Source of the DNA: Chloroherpetonaceae bacterium
Lineage (GTDB): Bacteria; Bacteroidota; Chlorobiia; Chlorobiales; Thermochlorobacteraceae
Length of the DNA: 64,000 bases
Direction of reading: 5' to 3'
Assembly: GCA_046292465.1 (NCBI GenBank)
Contig: JBKBRB010000002.1
Span: 159,027 to 223,026 of the forward strand
Each line of letters starts with the position of its first letter. Position 1 is the stretch's first letter. Under the pieces are notes generated by a model. It had not been told where the DNA came from. It made no database searches and saw only the letters and a program-made list of their open reading frames with translations. Of this stretch, positions 1 to 7,785 are shown piece by piece. Position numbers and translations under genes: made by a program.

Positions 1-48
1 AAAGTGCGCGCCGCAGCGTGGACAGACTTTTTCTTCGTGATGTGGCAT
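1..48 (-). CDS. 5' end of a gene running off the left edge (N-terminus MPHHEEKVCPRCGAHF, CxxC zinc-ribbon-like)
   Basis: The reverse complement of 1-48 reads ATG CCA CAT CAC GAA GAA AAA GTC TGT CCA CGC TGC GGC GCG CAC TTT and is open to the edge. It is absent from the ORF track because it is truncated. Only 16 codons are visible. Confidence 0.3.
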   Translation of the reverse strand, partial: MPHHEEKVCPRCGAHF

Positions 49-193
49 AATGAAGAAGCAAGTTTTCAAACTCACAAGCAAGAGAGAGGATTTTTCACAA
101 CTGACAAATATAGTTGATTTTGAAAACGACCTGCTCTTCTCGTATGAACCTGCCCCTGTTGAAAGAGATGCGGTGCTCACAACGACGCAACTC

Positions 194-1039
194 TTAAAAC
201 GATGTCAGTTGTGCTTTGCGCTTGCGTGCATGCGACTCTGCATCTTGGCTATCGATTTTGCCTATGCTGGCTGTTTCCCAATCGCCATACATTGGATTTG
301 GCAACACGATGAAACGCTTGCCGAATCGGTCTTTGAGCCGCTCAACTTCGCGATTGCGTTCATCTGCCGACTTATGCTCGAAGGCTTCGCTGAAATCGGC
401 AAGGTTATCGCCACAGAGCAAGATGACTTCGTAGTTTTGAGCCACTTTTTGCCTTCGTGCTTCTTTGCTCGGATAATCTGCTCTCAGTAGCAAGTGCGCG
501 CTATCGGCAAATGGGAATTTCCACAGTTGAAGATTTTGCAAGGTTGCGGCAAAAAGCGATTGGCTTCGATTCGAGATGTAAAAGACCTCCACGCCTTTTT
601 GCTTTGCCTCATCGAGAAATTCCAGTGCGCCCGGCGTCGGTCGTGCCTTGGCTAAGCGGCACCACTCTTCCCAATATGCAGGGTGCGTTGTATCGCGCTC
701 AATCAACTTCGCTTGATGTGGCGAATTATCCAGCACAGTTTCGTCGATATCGACGATGATTGCTTTAGGCTTTTGCGTTTTTGTTTTAATGGCTTCGTTC
801 AAGCGCAACGCGGCTAATTGATAGGCTTGGTAGTAAAGGGCTTTCGCTTCGCCTGACTGCTGTTGCCACAGTGTCGCCATCACGGTTTGCTCTGCAACTG
901 ACTCGTGCTTTTCAACCATAGACGTTTTCACAAGTGCGCGCGTCGGCACAGGCTCAGATTGGTCTCTCGCCAAATAAAACACCAAGAAAAAAACGCCGAT
1001 AGCCAGCGTCATCAAGAGCGTAAATGTTGTTCGGTTCAT
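194..1039 (-). CDS. 5'-nucleotidase / class C acid phosphatase, lipoprotein e(P4) family (HAD superfamily)
   Basis: 281-aa ORF with an N-terminal hydrophobic anchor. HAD motif I is IIVDIDETVLDNS, followed by YISNR and GDNLADF, as in e(P4)/class C acid phosphatases. Confidence 0.8.
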   Translation of the reverse strand: MNRTTFTLLMTLAIGVFFLVFYLARDQSEPVPTRALVKTSMVEKHESVAEQTVMATLWQQQSGEAKALYYQAYQLAALRLNEAIKTKTQKPKAIIVDIDETVLDNSPHQAKLIERDTTHPAYWEEWCRLAKARPTPGALEFLDEAKQKGVEVFYISNRSQSLFAATLQNLQLWKFPFADSAHLLLRADYPSKEARRQKVAQNYEVILLCGDNLADFSEAFEHKSADERNREVERLKDRFGKRFIVLPNPMYGDWETASIGKIDSQDAESHARKRKAQLTSF

Positions 1040-1071
1040 GTGAGCACTTCTGTTTTTAGTTACACAACGAC

Positions 1072-1278
1072 TTAGCGGGCTTCGCTTAACGCTTTTTCAA
1101 ACCACGATAGCACATTGCGCCAATGGGCTTCACCATAACAGCGAATGAAGTGAAGGGTATGCTCATTGCGCTTATCGCGCAAGGCTTCTATGCGTTGTTG
1201 GATGTAGGACTTCGTCAATGCGATGCCACAATCTTCTGTAATGCATCGCCGCCATTCTGAATAACTTTGTGGAATCAT
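1072..1278 (-). CDS. small hypothetical protein (68 aa)
   Basis: Its start overlaps the stop of the upstream gene as ATGA (1275-1278), suggesting translational coupling. I recognise no domain. Confidence 0.5.
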   Translation of the reverse strand: MIPQSYSEWRRCITEDCGIALTKSYIQQRIEALRDKRNEHTLHFIRCYGEAHWRNVLSWFEKALSEAR

Positions 1279-1841
1279 TTCTCGTCCGTTTGTGCGGTTT
1301 TATAGATGATTTCGTTTCGCTTAATACCGTTTTCATACTCTTCGACTTTCAGGACTCTGCCACGCTTATCCCAAAATGTCCAGTTCCCGATTGCAGTGTC
1401 GTTTTGATAGTGCGCCTCTTGGCAGAGCACAGAATCTTCGTGCCAATAAAGCCATTTGCCGTGCTTTTTGCCGTTGGCGTAAGTTTCGGAGCGGCATCGT
1501 GAGCCATTTTCATGGAAGAATGTCCAAACAGAGAGCAAGTCGTTGTGCTCTTGTTGATACTCGCCTTCGCAAAGTTTTCTACCGCTGAAATCCCAGTAAG
1601 TCCATTTGCCTGTGGGCAAGCCGCGCTCGTCGTAGTGCTCAATGCTTTGCAGTTGTCCATTGGCAAACCAGGTCGAACAGATGCCAATCTTGACCAATCG
1701 TCCGTCCTGCAATCGCTTTGCTGTAAAGACGGCTCTTGGCTGTCCGTTCAAGTAGAGCCATCGATTTTCGCCTTCTCTCACACATGCTGACAGCAGCATC
1801 GATAGGCATGCCAAAAGCCAAATTTGTTTAGTCTTTGCCAT
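1275..1841 (-). CDS. MORN-variant repeat lipoprotein (YwqK-like repeats)
   Basis: Signal peptide plus lipobox (LLSAC). Repeated G-x-W-x-[YF]-W units are present (GKWTYWDFSGR, HGKWLYWHEDS, IGNWTFWDKRGR). Confidence 0.65.
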   Translation of the reverse strand: MAKTKQIWLLACLSMLLSACVREGENRWLYLNGQPRAVFTAKRLQDGRLVKIGICSTWFANGQLQSIEHYDERGLPTGKWTYWDFSGRKLCEGEYQQEHNDLLSVWTFFHENGSRCRSETYANGKKHGKWLYWHEDSVLCQEAHYQNDTAIGNWTFWDKRGRVLKVEEYENGIKRNEIIYKTAQTDEK

Positions 1842-2397
1842 CTTGCTGTGGCTTTCGTTTTAGGCAGTAGTTTTTTGCCGCTCCGACGGCAATGCCGAAG
1901 GGACAGAGGTAATGACAAGCACCACGTTTGCCGAACAGCATCACTGAAAACCCAATCAGCGTCAGAATGATGAAGTGTCCTGCCTGAACGAAGAGATTAT
2001 CATCGCCTTGCAGGGGCAAGTGAATTGGCAGTTCACCTTCGCTGAACATGGTGTCTGTAAAGAGCCACACGAGCGGCGTCCAAATGACGAGCACAAAGAG
2101 CACGAGATATTGAGAAATTTTGGGGTTAAACGAGACACGTTTTTTGGCAATCGGCTCGAGCCAATCTTGCACGCCGCCGAGCCAACAGAAATTCGCGCAT
2201 ACCCAGCGTCCACTTCGCGCCGCCCAAAGAATGACCGCTGTCCAAAACGCTAAGCCAAACAATGCCCACCAGATATTTGGAACGGTAAACTTGATGATGA
2301 AAATATGCACAATAACCGTCGTGGCTTGTAGAATCAAGCGTCGGCGCAGGTCTTTATGCCGTTTTTCCGACACTTTCGGCGTTACTGATACGTTCAT
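1828..2397 (-). CDS. polytopic membrane protein with NapH/Fer4_5-type cysteine motifs
   Basis: 189 aa with several hydrophobic helices. The motifs GRWVCANFCWLGG and KRGACHYLCPFG match the R-x-x-C-x3-C-P-x-G pattern of NapH/NosH-like membrane ferredoxins. Confidence 0.55.
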   Translation of the reverse strand: MNVSVTPKVSEKRHKDLRRRLILQATTVIVHIFIIKFTVPNIWWALFGLAFWTAVILWAARSGRWVCANFCWLGGVQDWLEPIAKKRVSFNPKISQYLVLFVLVIWTPLVWLFTDTMFSEGELPIHLPLQGDDNLFVQAGHFIILTLIGFSVMLFGKRGACHYLCPFGIAVGAAKNYCLKRKPQQDGKD

Positions 2398-2403
2398 TTT
2401 TAC

Positions 2404-2418
2404 TGCAAACGATTTGCA
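2404..2418. promoter_or_regulatory. 7-1-7 inverted repeat, second copy (gene-sense TGCAAAT-C-GTTTGCA)
   Basis: The plus strand reads TGCAAACGATTTGCA, 7 nt upstream of the ATG at 2397 in the 54-nt gap after the ABC ATPase gene. It differs from the perfect copy at 4656-4670 by one half-site mismatch. Confidence 0.5.
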
Positions 2419-2451
2419 TTTACAAAAAAAGTAAAAAAAATACTTGTTGCT

Positions 2452-3153
2452 CTAATCGCGCATATACTCGAGATAAAGTTTTTCTAAATCGGCGTGGCGT
2501 GCATCGTCAGCGTTTAAGATGGCAACGAGTTCGCCATGTTTCATAATGCCCAAGCGCGCCGCAATTTCCTTTGCGCGAAAAAGGTCGTGCGTTGCCATCA
2601 GCACCGCGACGCCTCTTTGAGCAAGACTTTTCAAGCGTTCAGAAAATTCGAACGAGGCTTTCGGGTCTAAGCCGCTGGTTGGTTCGTCGAGTAAGAGTGC
2701 TTTGGCGTCTTTGGCAAGCGCAATCGCAATGCCCACTTTTTGTCGCATTCCTTTCGAGTAGGTGCTGACGCGCTTTGAGTGGACTTCCTTCTCTAAACCT
2801 GCTTGCGAAAGCAAGTCTGAAAGGGCATCGATCGAATAAGTTTTGCCTGATAGAGTGGCGAAGTATTCCAAATTTTCAAGCCCTGTAAGGTTGGGGTAAA
2901 GCATAACAGTTTCGGGAATGTAGGCAAGGTGCTTTTTCGTCTCCAAGGGCTGTTGATGGACGCTAATTCCTGCAATTTTCGCCTCGCCGCTTGTTGGCGC
3001 AAGAAAGCCTAAAAAGAGATTGATGGTTGTGGTTTTGCCCGCACCGTTTTGCCCAAGCAAACAGAAAATTTCACCTGAATTTACTTTCAGATTCAATCCT
3101 TTAAGTGCGGGCGTTCCGTTGTAAGATTTCGTTAGGTCAATTGCCTCGAGCAT
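2452..3153 (-). CDS. ABC transporter ATP-binding protein (ABC-2/NosF/CcmA-like size)
   Basis: Walker A is GQNGAGKTTT. An LSGG-like signature region is followed by Walker B LLLDEPTSGLD and an H-loop ATHD. Length is 233 aa. Confidence 0.9.
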   Translation of the reverse strand: MLEAIDLTKSYNGTPALKGLNLKVNSGEIFCLLGQNGAGKTTTINLFLGFLAPTSGEAKIAGISVHQQPLETKKHLAYIPETVMLYPNLTGLENLEYFATLSGKTYSIDALSDLLSQAGLEKEVHSKRVSTYSKGMRQKVGIAIALAKDAKALLLDEPTSGLDPKASFEFSERLKSLAQRGVAVLMATHDLFRAKEIAARLGIMKHGELVAILNADDARHADLEKLYLEYMRD

Positions 3154-3352
3154 GGTTTTTGAGTGATTGTTCGTGTGCGGCTTTGGCTTTGATGAAGTCG
3201 CCTATGTTGTTAGCATGTGCGCCTGAATGTCCCATCATCAGTCCGCATGCGCATCGCAGTTGGGACGGTCTGCCGAATCCGCCGCTTTGCATTGTGCCGC
3301 ACCCAGCCAGCAGTGCCGCACCGAGTATCAACATCACAATTTTTTTCATCAT
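3137..3352 (-). CDS. 71-aa Cys/His/Met-rich lipoprotein
   Basis: Signal peptide with lipobox LLAGC. The mature part carries RCAC, MMGH and several His. Its 3' end overlaps the ABC ATPase start by 17 nt. Confidence 0.5.
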   Translation of the reverse strand: MMKKIVMLILGAALLAGCGTMQSGGFGRPSQLRCACGLMMGHSGAHANNIGDFIKAKAAHEQSLKNHARGN

Positions 3353-3374
3353 CGTTTAGCGGTTGTGTGTTCAG

Positions 3375-4601
3375 TTATGCTTCTTGAAACTGCCAATCGG
3401 GGAACGGGTCAATATAAGTTTCCCAAACGGATTCGCCTTGTGCCATTTCGTCAGGCGTGAGCAAGGCTTCTTCAAGGCGCGCGATGATTTCGGCTTTGTC
3501 CATACCCACGCCAATGAACACAAGTTCTTGGCGTCGGTCGCCATACTTACCGACGAAACTTGCTTCAATTTCGCGTTTGAGTTCATCGTCGACGCCCCAC
3601 TGCGATTTTGGCACGCTTGCCCACCACGAGCCTGCCGACGAGAGATTCAGCGCGCCACCGGCTTGCGCCCATTCGCCGACCGTTTTCATGCGCGTTGCAA
3701 GCCAAAAGAATCCTTTTGAGCGAACCACGCCTTTCCATGCGTCAGCATCTTGCACCAAATTCCACAGCCGTGTTGGGTGAAACGGCTTTCGCGCACCGAA
3801 TACAAAACTTGAAATGCCATATTCTTCCGTTTCGGGCGTGTGTTCGCCGCGCATTTCTTTGAGCCACATTGGCGCGTTTGCCGCTTCCTCAAAATTAAAC
3901 TTGCCTGTGTTCAAGACTTTCTCGAGCGGAACTTTTCCAAAAACGGCTTCAACAATTTCTGCGCGTGGATTCAAGGCATGAATAACGGCTTTCACTTGCG
4001 CCTTTTCCGACTCTGAAACGCGGTCGAGCTTATTGAGCACAACTACATCACAAAACTCGACTTGTTCGACGAGCAGGTCGGCAATGGTGCGATGGTCATC
4101 TTCTCCCAACGCCTGTCCGCGTCGTTTCAAGAAGTCGGCACGCTGATATTCGTAAAGAAAATTAGACGCATCGACGACGGTAACCATAGTATCGAGGCGT
4201 GCAATATCGGAAAGGCTTCTGCCTTGTTCGTCTTCGAACGTGAAGGTTTCGGCGACGGGCAACGGTTCAGAAATGCCTGTGGATTCAATCACAAGGTAAT
4301 CGAAGCGACCTTCGCGTGCGAGTTTGGCGACTTCGATAAGCAAGTCTTCGCGCAAGGTGCAACAAATACAGCCGTTCTGCATCTCGACGAGTTTTTCATC
4401 GGTGCGCGAAAGTTTTGCTCCGCCTTGTTTAATCAACGCGGCATCGATGTTGACTTCGCTCATATCGTTGACAATCACGGCAACCTTTTTGCCTTCGCGA
4501 TTGGCAAGAATGTGATTGAGAAGCGTCGTTTTGCCCGCGCCCAAAAATCCTGACAAAACCGTTACGGGTAGTTTCTTTATGGGTGTGATTTTCTTTGCCA
4601 T
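3375..4601 (-). CDS. CobW/COG0523-family GTP-binding metallochaperone (ZigA/YeiR-like)
   Basis: P-loop [15 protein letters not shown], the metal motif CICCTLRED, and a CobW C-terminal domain. The ORF track starts at 4622, but by my reading that codon is TGG. The ATG at 4601 ([18 protein letters not shown]) fits family N-termini. Confidence 0.88.
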   Translation of the reverse strand: MAKKITPIKKLPVTVLSGFLGAGKTTLLNHILANREGKKVAVIVNDMSEVNIDAALIKQGGAKLSRTDEKLVEMQNGCICCTLREDLLIEVAKLAREGRFDYLVIESTGISEPLPVAETFTFEDEQGRSLSDIARLDTMVTVVDASNFLYEYQRADFLKRRGQALGEDDHRTIADLLVEQVEFCDVVVLNKLDRVSESEKAQVKAVIHALNPRAEIVEAVFGKVPLEKVLNTGKFNFEEAANAPMWLKEMRGEHTPETEEYGISSFVFGARKPFHPTRLWNLVQDADAWKGVVRSKGFFWLATRMKTVGEWAQAGGALNLSSAGSWWASVPKSQWGVDDELKREIEASFVGKYGDRRQELVFIGVGMDKAEIIARLEEALLTPDEMAQGESVWETYIDPFPDWQFQEA

Positions 4602-4655
4602 TTGAATAAACTTTTCTTGCACTTTTCCGAAAGGTAACTGTGATTTTTAAGAATT

Positions 4656-4670
4656 GCAAATCATTTGCAT
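4656..4670. promoter_or_regulatory. perfect 7-1-7 palindrome TGCAAATCATTTGCA (Fur/Zur-box-like architecture)
   Basis: It lies about 55 nt upstream of the COG0523 ATG (4601), in the divergent intergenic region 4602-4883. Its shape matches the Fur-family box TGATAATnATTATCA. Confidence 0.5.
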
Positions 4671-4883
4671 TTTCAAAATTAGCGAACAAGTCTTCTTCAT
4701 TCAAGCCTGATTATTTTGGAAACTTTATTCAACAAAAAAGTTTTTTCTTGCTTGATTTTTGATTCCAAAAGTCGTTTTGGGCGACTTCACTTTTCTCAAA
4801 AACGCTTGTAAACACAAGGAGATTCGGGGCATCGAGCGTATTTTACCGATGTCAAGTTTTTACTTCAAGGAAGGAGTTATACA

Positions 4884-5801
4884 ATGAATAAGCAACAAAT
4901 TCTGCTCGCACTTGCCCTGCTTTACATCATCTCGCAAGTTGTTTTGCTCGTTACCGTCGGCAAAGATTTAGAGTTGATTGTAATTTCGCTCGGCGTATTT
5001 ATCGCCAGTGTCGTCGTGGTGATGATGGTCGGCGAAATTTCAATCGGTCGCCCTGTCATAGAGAGCGTCTCGATGCGCCGTGCCGAACGCCCCAAAGCCG
5101 AACAAGAAAAAATGATTCGTGAAGGCTACCAAATTGACGACGAATTTTTGAAGAAAAAGCGTTTTGATTTTTTCCGAGGACACGAAAAATATACAGCACC
5201 GCCATGTTCATCATCGGCTTCGGCTTCTGAATCTGCATCAGAGAAAACACCACAAGAAAAGTTGAGAGCGGGCTTAATCGCACAAGCCCCCATGTTTGGC
5301 GGCATTGAAAAACTTGGGGCGATGCTTGAAAAAACTGATGACGCAAAAGTGCTCAAAATGCTCCGGCAATTTGGATATCAAGATGTAAGCGCAGCGGAAG
5401 TGCGTATCATTGTGGCTGAGATTATCAAAGGCGAGACGAACGCTCCTGAATCTGGAAGTGGCAACGGCACTTACCGCTTACCTACATCGCTCAACACGGT
5501 TGATTTTTATGACTACATTAAGCGATGCATGTCGGGCAACGATATGGAATCTAAACGCGAAGCACCGACGATTACAGGCATGGAGATTTTAGAACAAGCC
5601 TCTGCAACGATTGAGGGCAACTCTTTACGTGCGATGGTCAGAATGCGCGGCGTTCATAAGGGCGGTGGCGTTAGGAAGTGCAACTCCTGCCAATTCTATC
5701 AAGCCAACACGATGCTCTGCACGAAAATCGGATTGGAAGTCGAGCACAACGATGTTTGCGATGGTTGGACAGCGAATGTGGCTTATCAAGCGTTTCGCTA
5801 A
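4884..5801 (+). CDS. membrane-anchored hypothetical protein with C-terminal HiPIP-like 4-Cys motif
   Basis: AAGGAAGGAG lies upstream of the ATG. Two N-terminal hydrophobic helices are present. The C-terminus reads CNSCQFYQANTMLCTKIGLEVEHNDVCDGWT. Confidence 0.6.
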   Translation: MNKQQILLALALLYIISQVVLLVTVGKDLELIVISLGVFIASVVVVMMVGEISIGRPVIESVSMRRAERPKAEQEKMIREGYQIDDEFLKKKRFDFFRGHEKYTAPPCSSSASASESASEKTPQEKLRAGLIAQAPMFGGIEKLGAMLEKTDDAKVLKMLRQFGYQDVSAAEVRIIVAEIIKGETNAPESGSGNGTYRLPTSLNTVDFYDYIKRCMSGNDMESKREAPTITGMEILEQASATIEGNSLRAMVRMRGVHKGGGVRKCNSCQFYQANTMLCTKIGLEVEHNDVCDGWTANVAYQAFR

Positions 5802-5824
5802 GCGTTTATCGTTTTTGCGATTAA

Positions 5825-6601
5825 ATGCCGAAACCGCTTTCGCTCGCTCAACATAAGTTTTATGTGCGCCTGCGCCGCGAAAAAAAAGTGCGCGACGCAG
5901 AGCGTTTATTTCTTGCCGAAGGCATACGCACGATTTCCGAACTGCTCAAAGCCGCGCCACAATCGCTTCTCGCGCTTATTCAAACTCAATCCTCTGATTT
6001 CATAACAGTTCCGAGCGAAAAAGTTTTCATCGCTTCTTCAAAGCAATTTTCTGCGCTCTCCGACACCGAACATTCACAAGGCGTGATTGGCATTTTTGAG
6101 CAACCGACTGTTTCGCCTCAAACTCTTTTCAAAACGCTTGAAACAAAAGCCTCGTCGGTCGTGCTCGTTCTTGACGATGTGCAAGACCCGGGCAACCTTG
6201 GCACACTAATTCGCACGGCGGCGTGGTTTGGTGTCGATGCCGTGATTGCAAGCGGCGGAACGGCAGATTTTTTCAATCCGAAAGTCGTGCGCTCAACGGC
6301 GGGCAGTCTCTTTGCGCTTTCGCTTTATCGGAGCGCGTCTTTAAGCGATGACCTCGCCAGTCTACAAAAAATTGGATTCACGATTTATGGCGCGGCGATG
6401 GCGGGGGAAGATTTTCTTGCTACGTCCTTTTCGGCAAAAACAGCTCTTGTTATCGGCAATGAAGCCAATGGCATTTCCGAACATGTTCGTCAGTCTCTTC
6501 ACAAAGAAATTACCATTACGGGTCATCGCAACAAGGTCGAATCGCTCAACGCCGCCGTTTCAGCCGGAATTTTACTCTCTCGAATTTGCCTGCACAAATA
6601 A
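5825..6601 (+). CDS. SpoU/TrmH-family RNA 2'-O-methyltransferase (RlmB-like)
   Basis: SPOUT motifs are present: LVLDDVQDPGNLGTLIRTAAWFG, IGNEANGIS and ESLNAAVSAGILL. Confidence 0.88.
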   Translation: MPKPLSLAQHKFYVRLRREKKVRDAERLFLAEGIRTISELLKAAPQSLLALIQTQSSDFITVPSEKVFIASSKQFSALSDTEHSQGVIGIFEQPTVSPQTLFKTLETKASSVVLVLDDVQDPGNLGTLIRTAAWFGVDAVIASGGTADFFNPKVVRSTAGSLFALSLYRSASLSDDLASLQKIGFTIYGAAMAGEDFLATSFSAKTALVIGNEANGISEHVRQSLHKEITITGHRNKVESLNAAVSAGILLSRICLHK

Positions 6602-6672
6602 GCCTCGCAATGCTTAATTTTGACGCAAGTTTTTCAGATAAACCTTCATTCAAATTCAACCTTATATTCAAC

Positions 6673-6882
6673 ATGAAATTGACTTGGAACGACGCCGAAG
6701 AAATTGGCATCGCACTGCAAGAAAAATATCCCAACATCGACCCGCTCACCGTCCGTTTTACAGATTTGCATCAATATGTGTTAGGATTAGAGGGATTCAG
6801 CGACGACCCGAAAGCCTCGAACGAGTCGAAGTTAGAAGCGATTCAAATGGCGTGGTATGAAGAGTGGAAATCCAATCATTAA
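6673..6882 (+). CDS. iscX: Fe-S assembly accessory protein IscX (YfhJ)
   Basis: It resembles E. coli IscX over its full length (MKLTWNDAEEIGIALQEKYPNIDPLTVRFTDLHQYV...DDPKASNESKLEAI). I chose the internal ATG at 6673; the track ORF begins at 6586. Confidence 0.85.
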   Translation: MKLTWNDAEEIGIALQEKYPNIDPLTVRFTDLHQYVLGLEGFSDDPKASNESKLEAIQMAWYEEWKSNH

Positions 6883-6909
6883 TTCAACAACCCAACTAGG
6901 ATTCGAGTC

Positions 6910-7155
6910 ATGACAGAACGCGAAATTCAAATGAATCTTCTGCGCACCGTTAAATCTTATCAAGACTCCAACAACGGCGCACACATGCCGTTTGAACTGC
7001 TCTGCTCTCAACTTCAACTTTCAGCCGAAGAAGTGCAAAAACACTTACGCGCACTCAAAAACACTGACTGCATTCGCTACACACAAGACGATAAAACATA
7101 TGTGCCTTTGCTCGTCGAGATTTCACGCAACGGCATCAATCGCCTTAAAGGCTAA
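6910..7155 (+). CDS. hypothetical protein (81 aa)
   Basis: It is non-overlapping and fills the gap between iscX and the flavodoxin-like gene. The composition is possibly wHTH-like, with no firm motif. Confidence 0.4.
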   Translation: MTEREIQMNLLRTVKSYQDSNNGAHMPFELLCSQLQLSAEEVQKHLRALKNTDCIRYTQDDKTYVPLLVEISRNGINRLKG

Positions 7156-7175
7156 CCTCTTTACGGCTAATCTCT

Positions 7176-7640
7176 TCACGCCTTTGCATCTTGATTGACT
7201 GCCGACATTTTCGACAAAATCTCATTGGCAAAATCAATCGGGCTTTGCGGATTATTCTTTTCGGCAAGTCCAAAGATTTTTTCTGCGATAATTTCAGAAC
7301 GAAGCAGTCGCAACTTTAACTGTGGCATGTAGAGCAACGCTGCCGAGAGTTCAGGTCCGCCACAGATGATAAACGTGGCGACTTTTTTTCCTGCCAACAT
7401 TTTCAAAAGATTGCTTTGATTGAGCGCGCCTGAAAGGCTTGGAGAGAGTTGAAGGTTATAAATCGGCGAGCCAAGCAAAACGAGGTCGAACTCTTCTAAA
7501 AAACTGTAATCGGCACGTGGTGGCGTTTTGGCTTTCTCAACGTAAAATCCGTTTTTAACCAAATGCTCGCCGATGGCATCAATAATGCGGTCGGTCGAGC
7601 CGCCTGTGGAAAGAGCATCGTAAAGAATAATTGCTTTCAT
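7176..7640 (-). CDS. flavodoxin-fold family protein
   Basis: MKAIILYDALSTGGSTDRI is a flavodoxin-like phosphate-binding start. LLGSPIY and a second Gly-rich strand FIICGG follow. Confidence 0.65.
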   Translation of the reverse strand: MKAIILYDALSTGGSTDRIIDAIGEHLVKNGFYVEKAKTPPRADYSFLEEFDLVLLGSPIYNLQLSPSLSGALNQSNLLKMLAGKKVATFIICGGPELSAALLYMPQLKLRLLRSEIIAEKIFGLAEKNNPQSPIDFANEILSKMSAVNQDAKA

Positions 7641-7785
7641 CTTTGTGAAGTTTAGTGATTTTCAGTTCGAACAAGTTTATTGCTTTTTTGAACGTTCTCC
7701 AATCTTCATTGCTCGGGGCGAAATTTGAAAAGAGAATTGCGTATCTTCGATTCTTAAAATTCACTTCGCAGAAATCACTCGTAGT

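Noticed and set aside
50-490. 146-aa plus-strand ORF at the left end
   Set aside because: It lies almost entirely antisense to the well-supported e(P4) phosphatase gene (194-1039) and has no family resemblance. It is a shadow ORF.
4602-4622. ORF-track start of the COG0523 gene at 4622
   Set aside because: By my reading the codon at 4620-4622 is TGG on the minus strand, which is not a start codon. The ATG at 4601 gives the N-terminus typical for the family.
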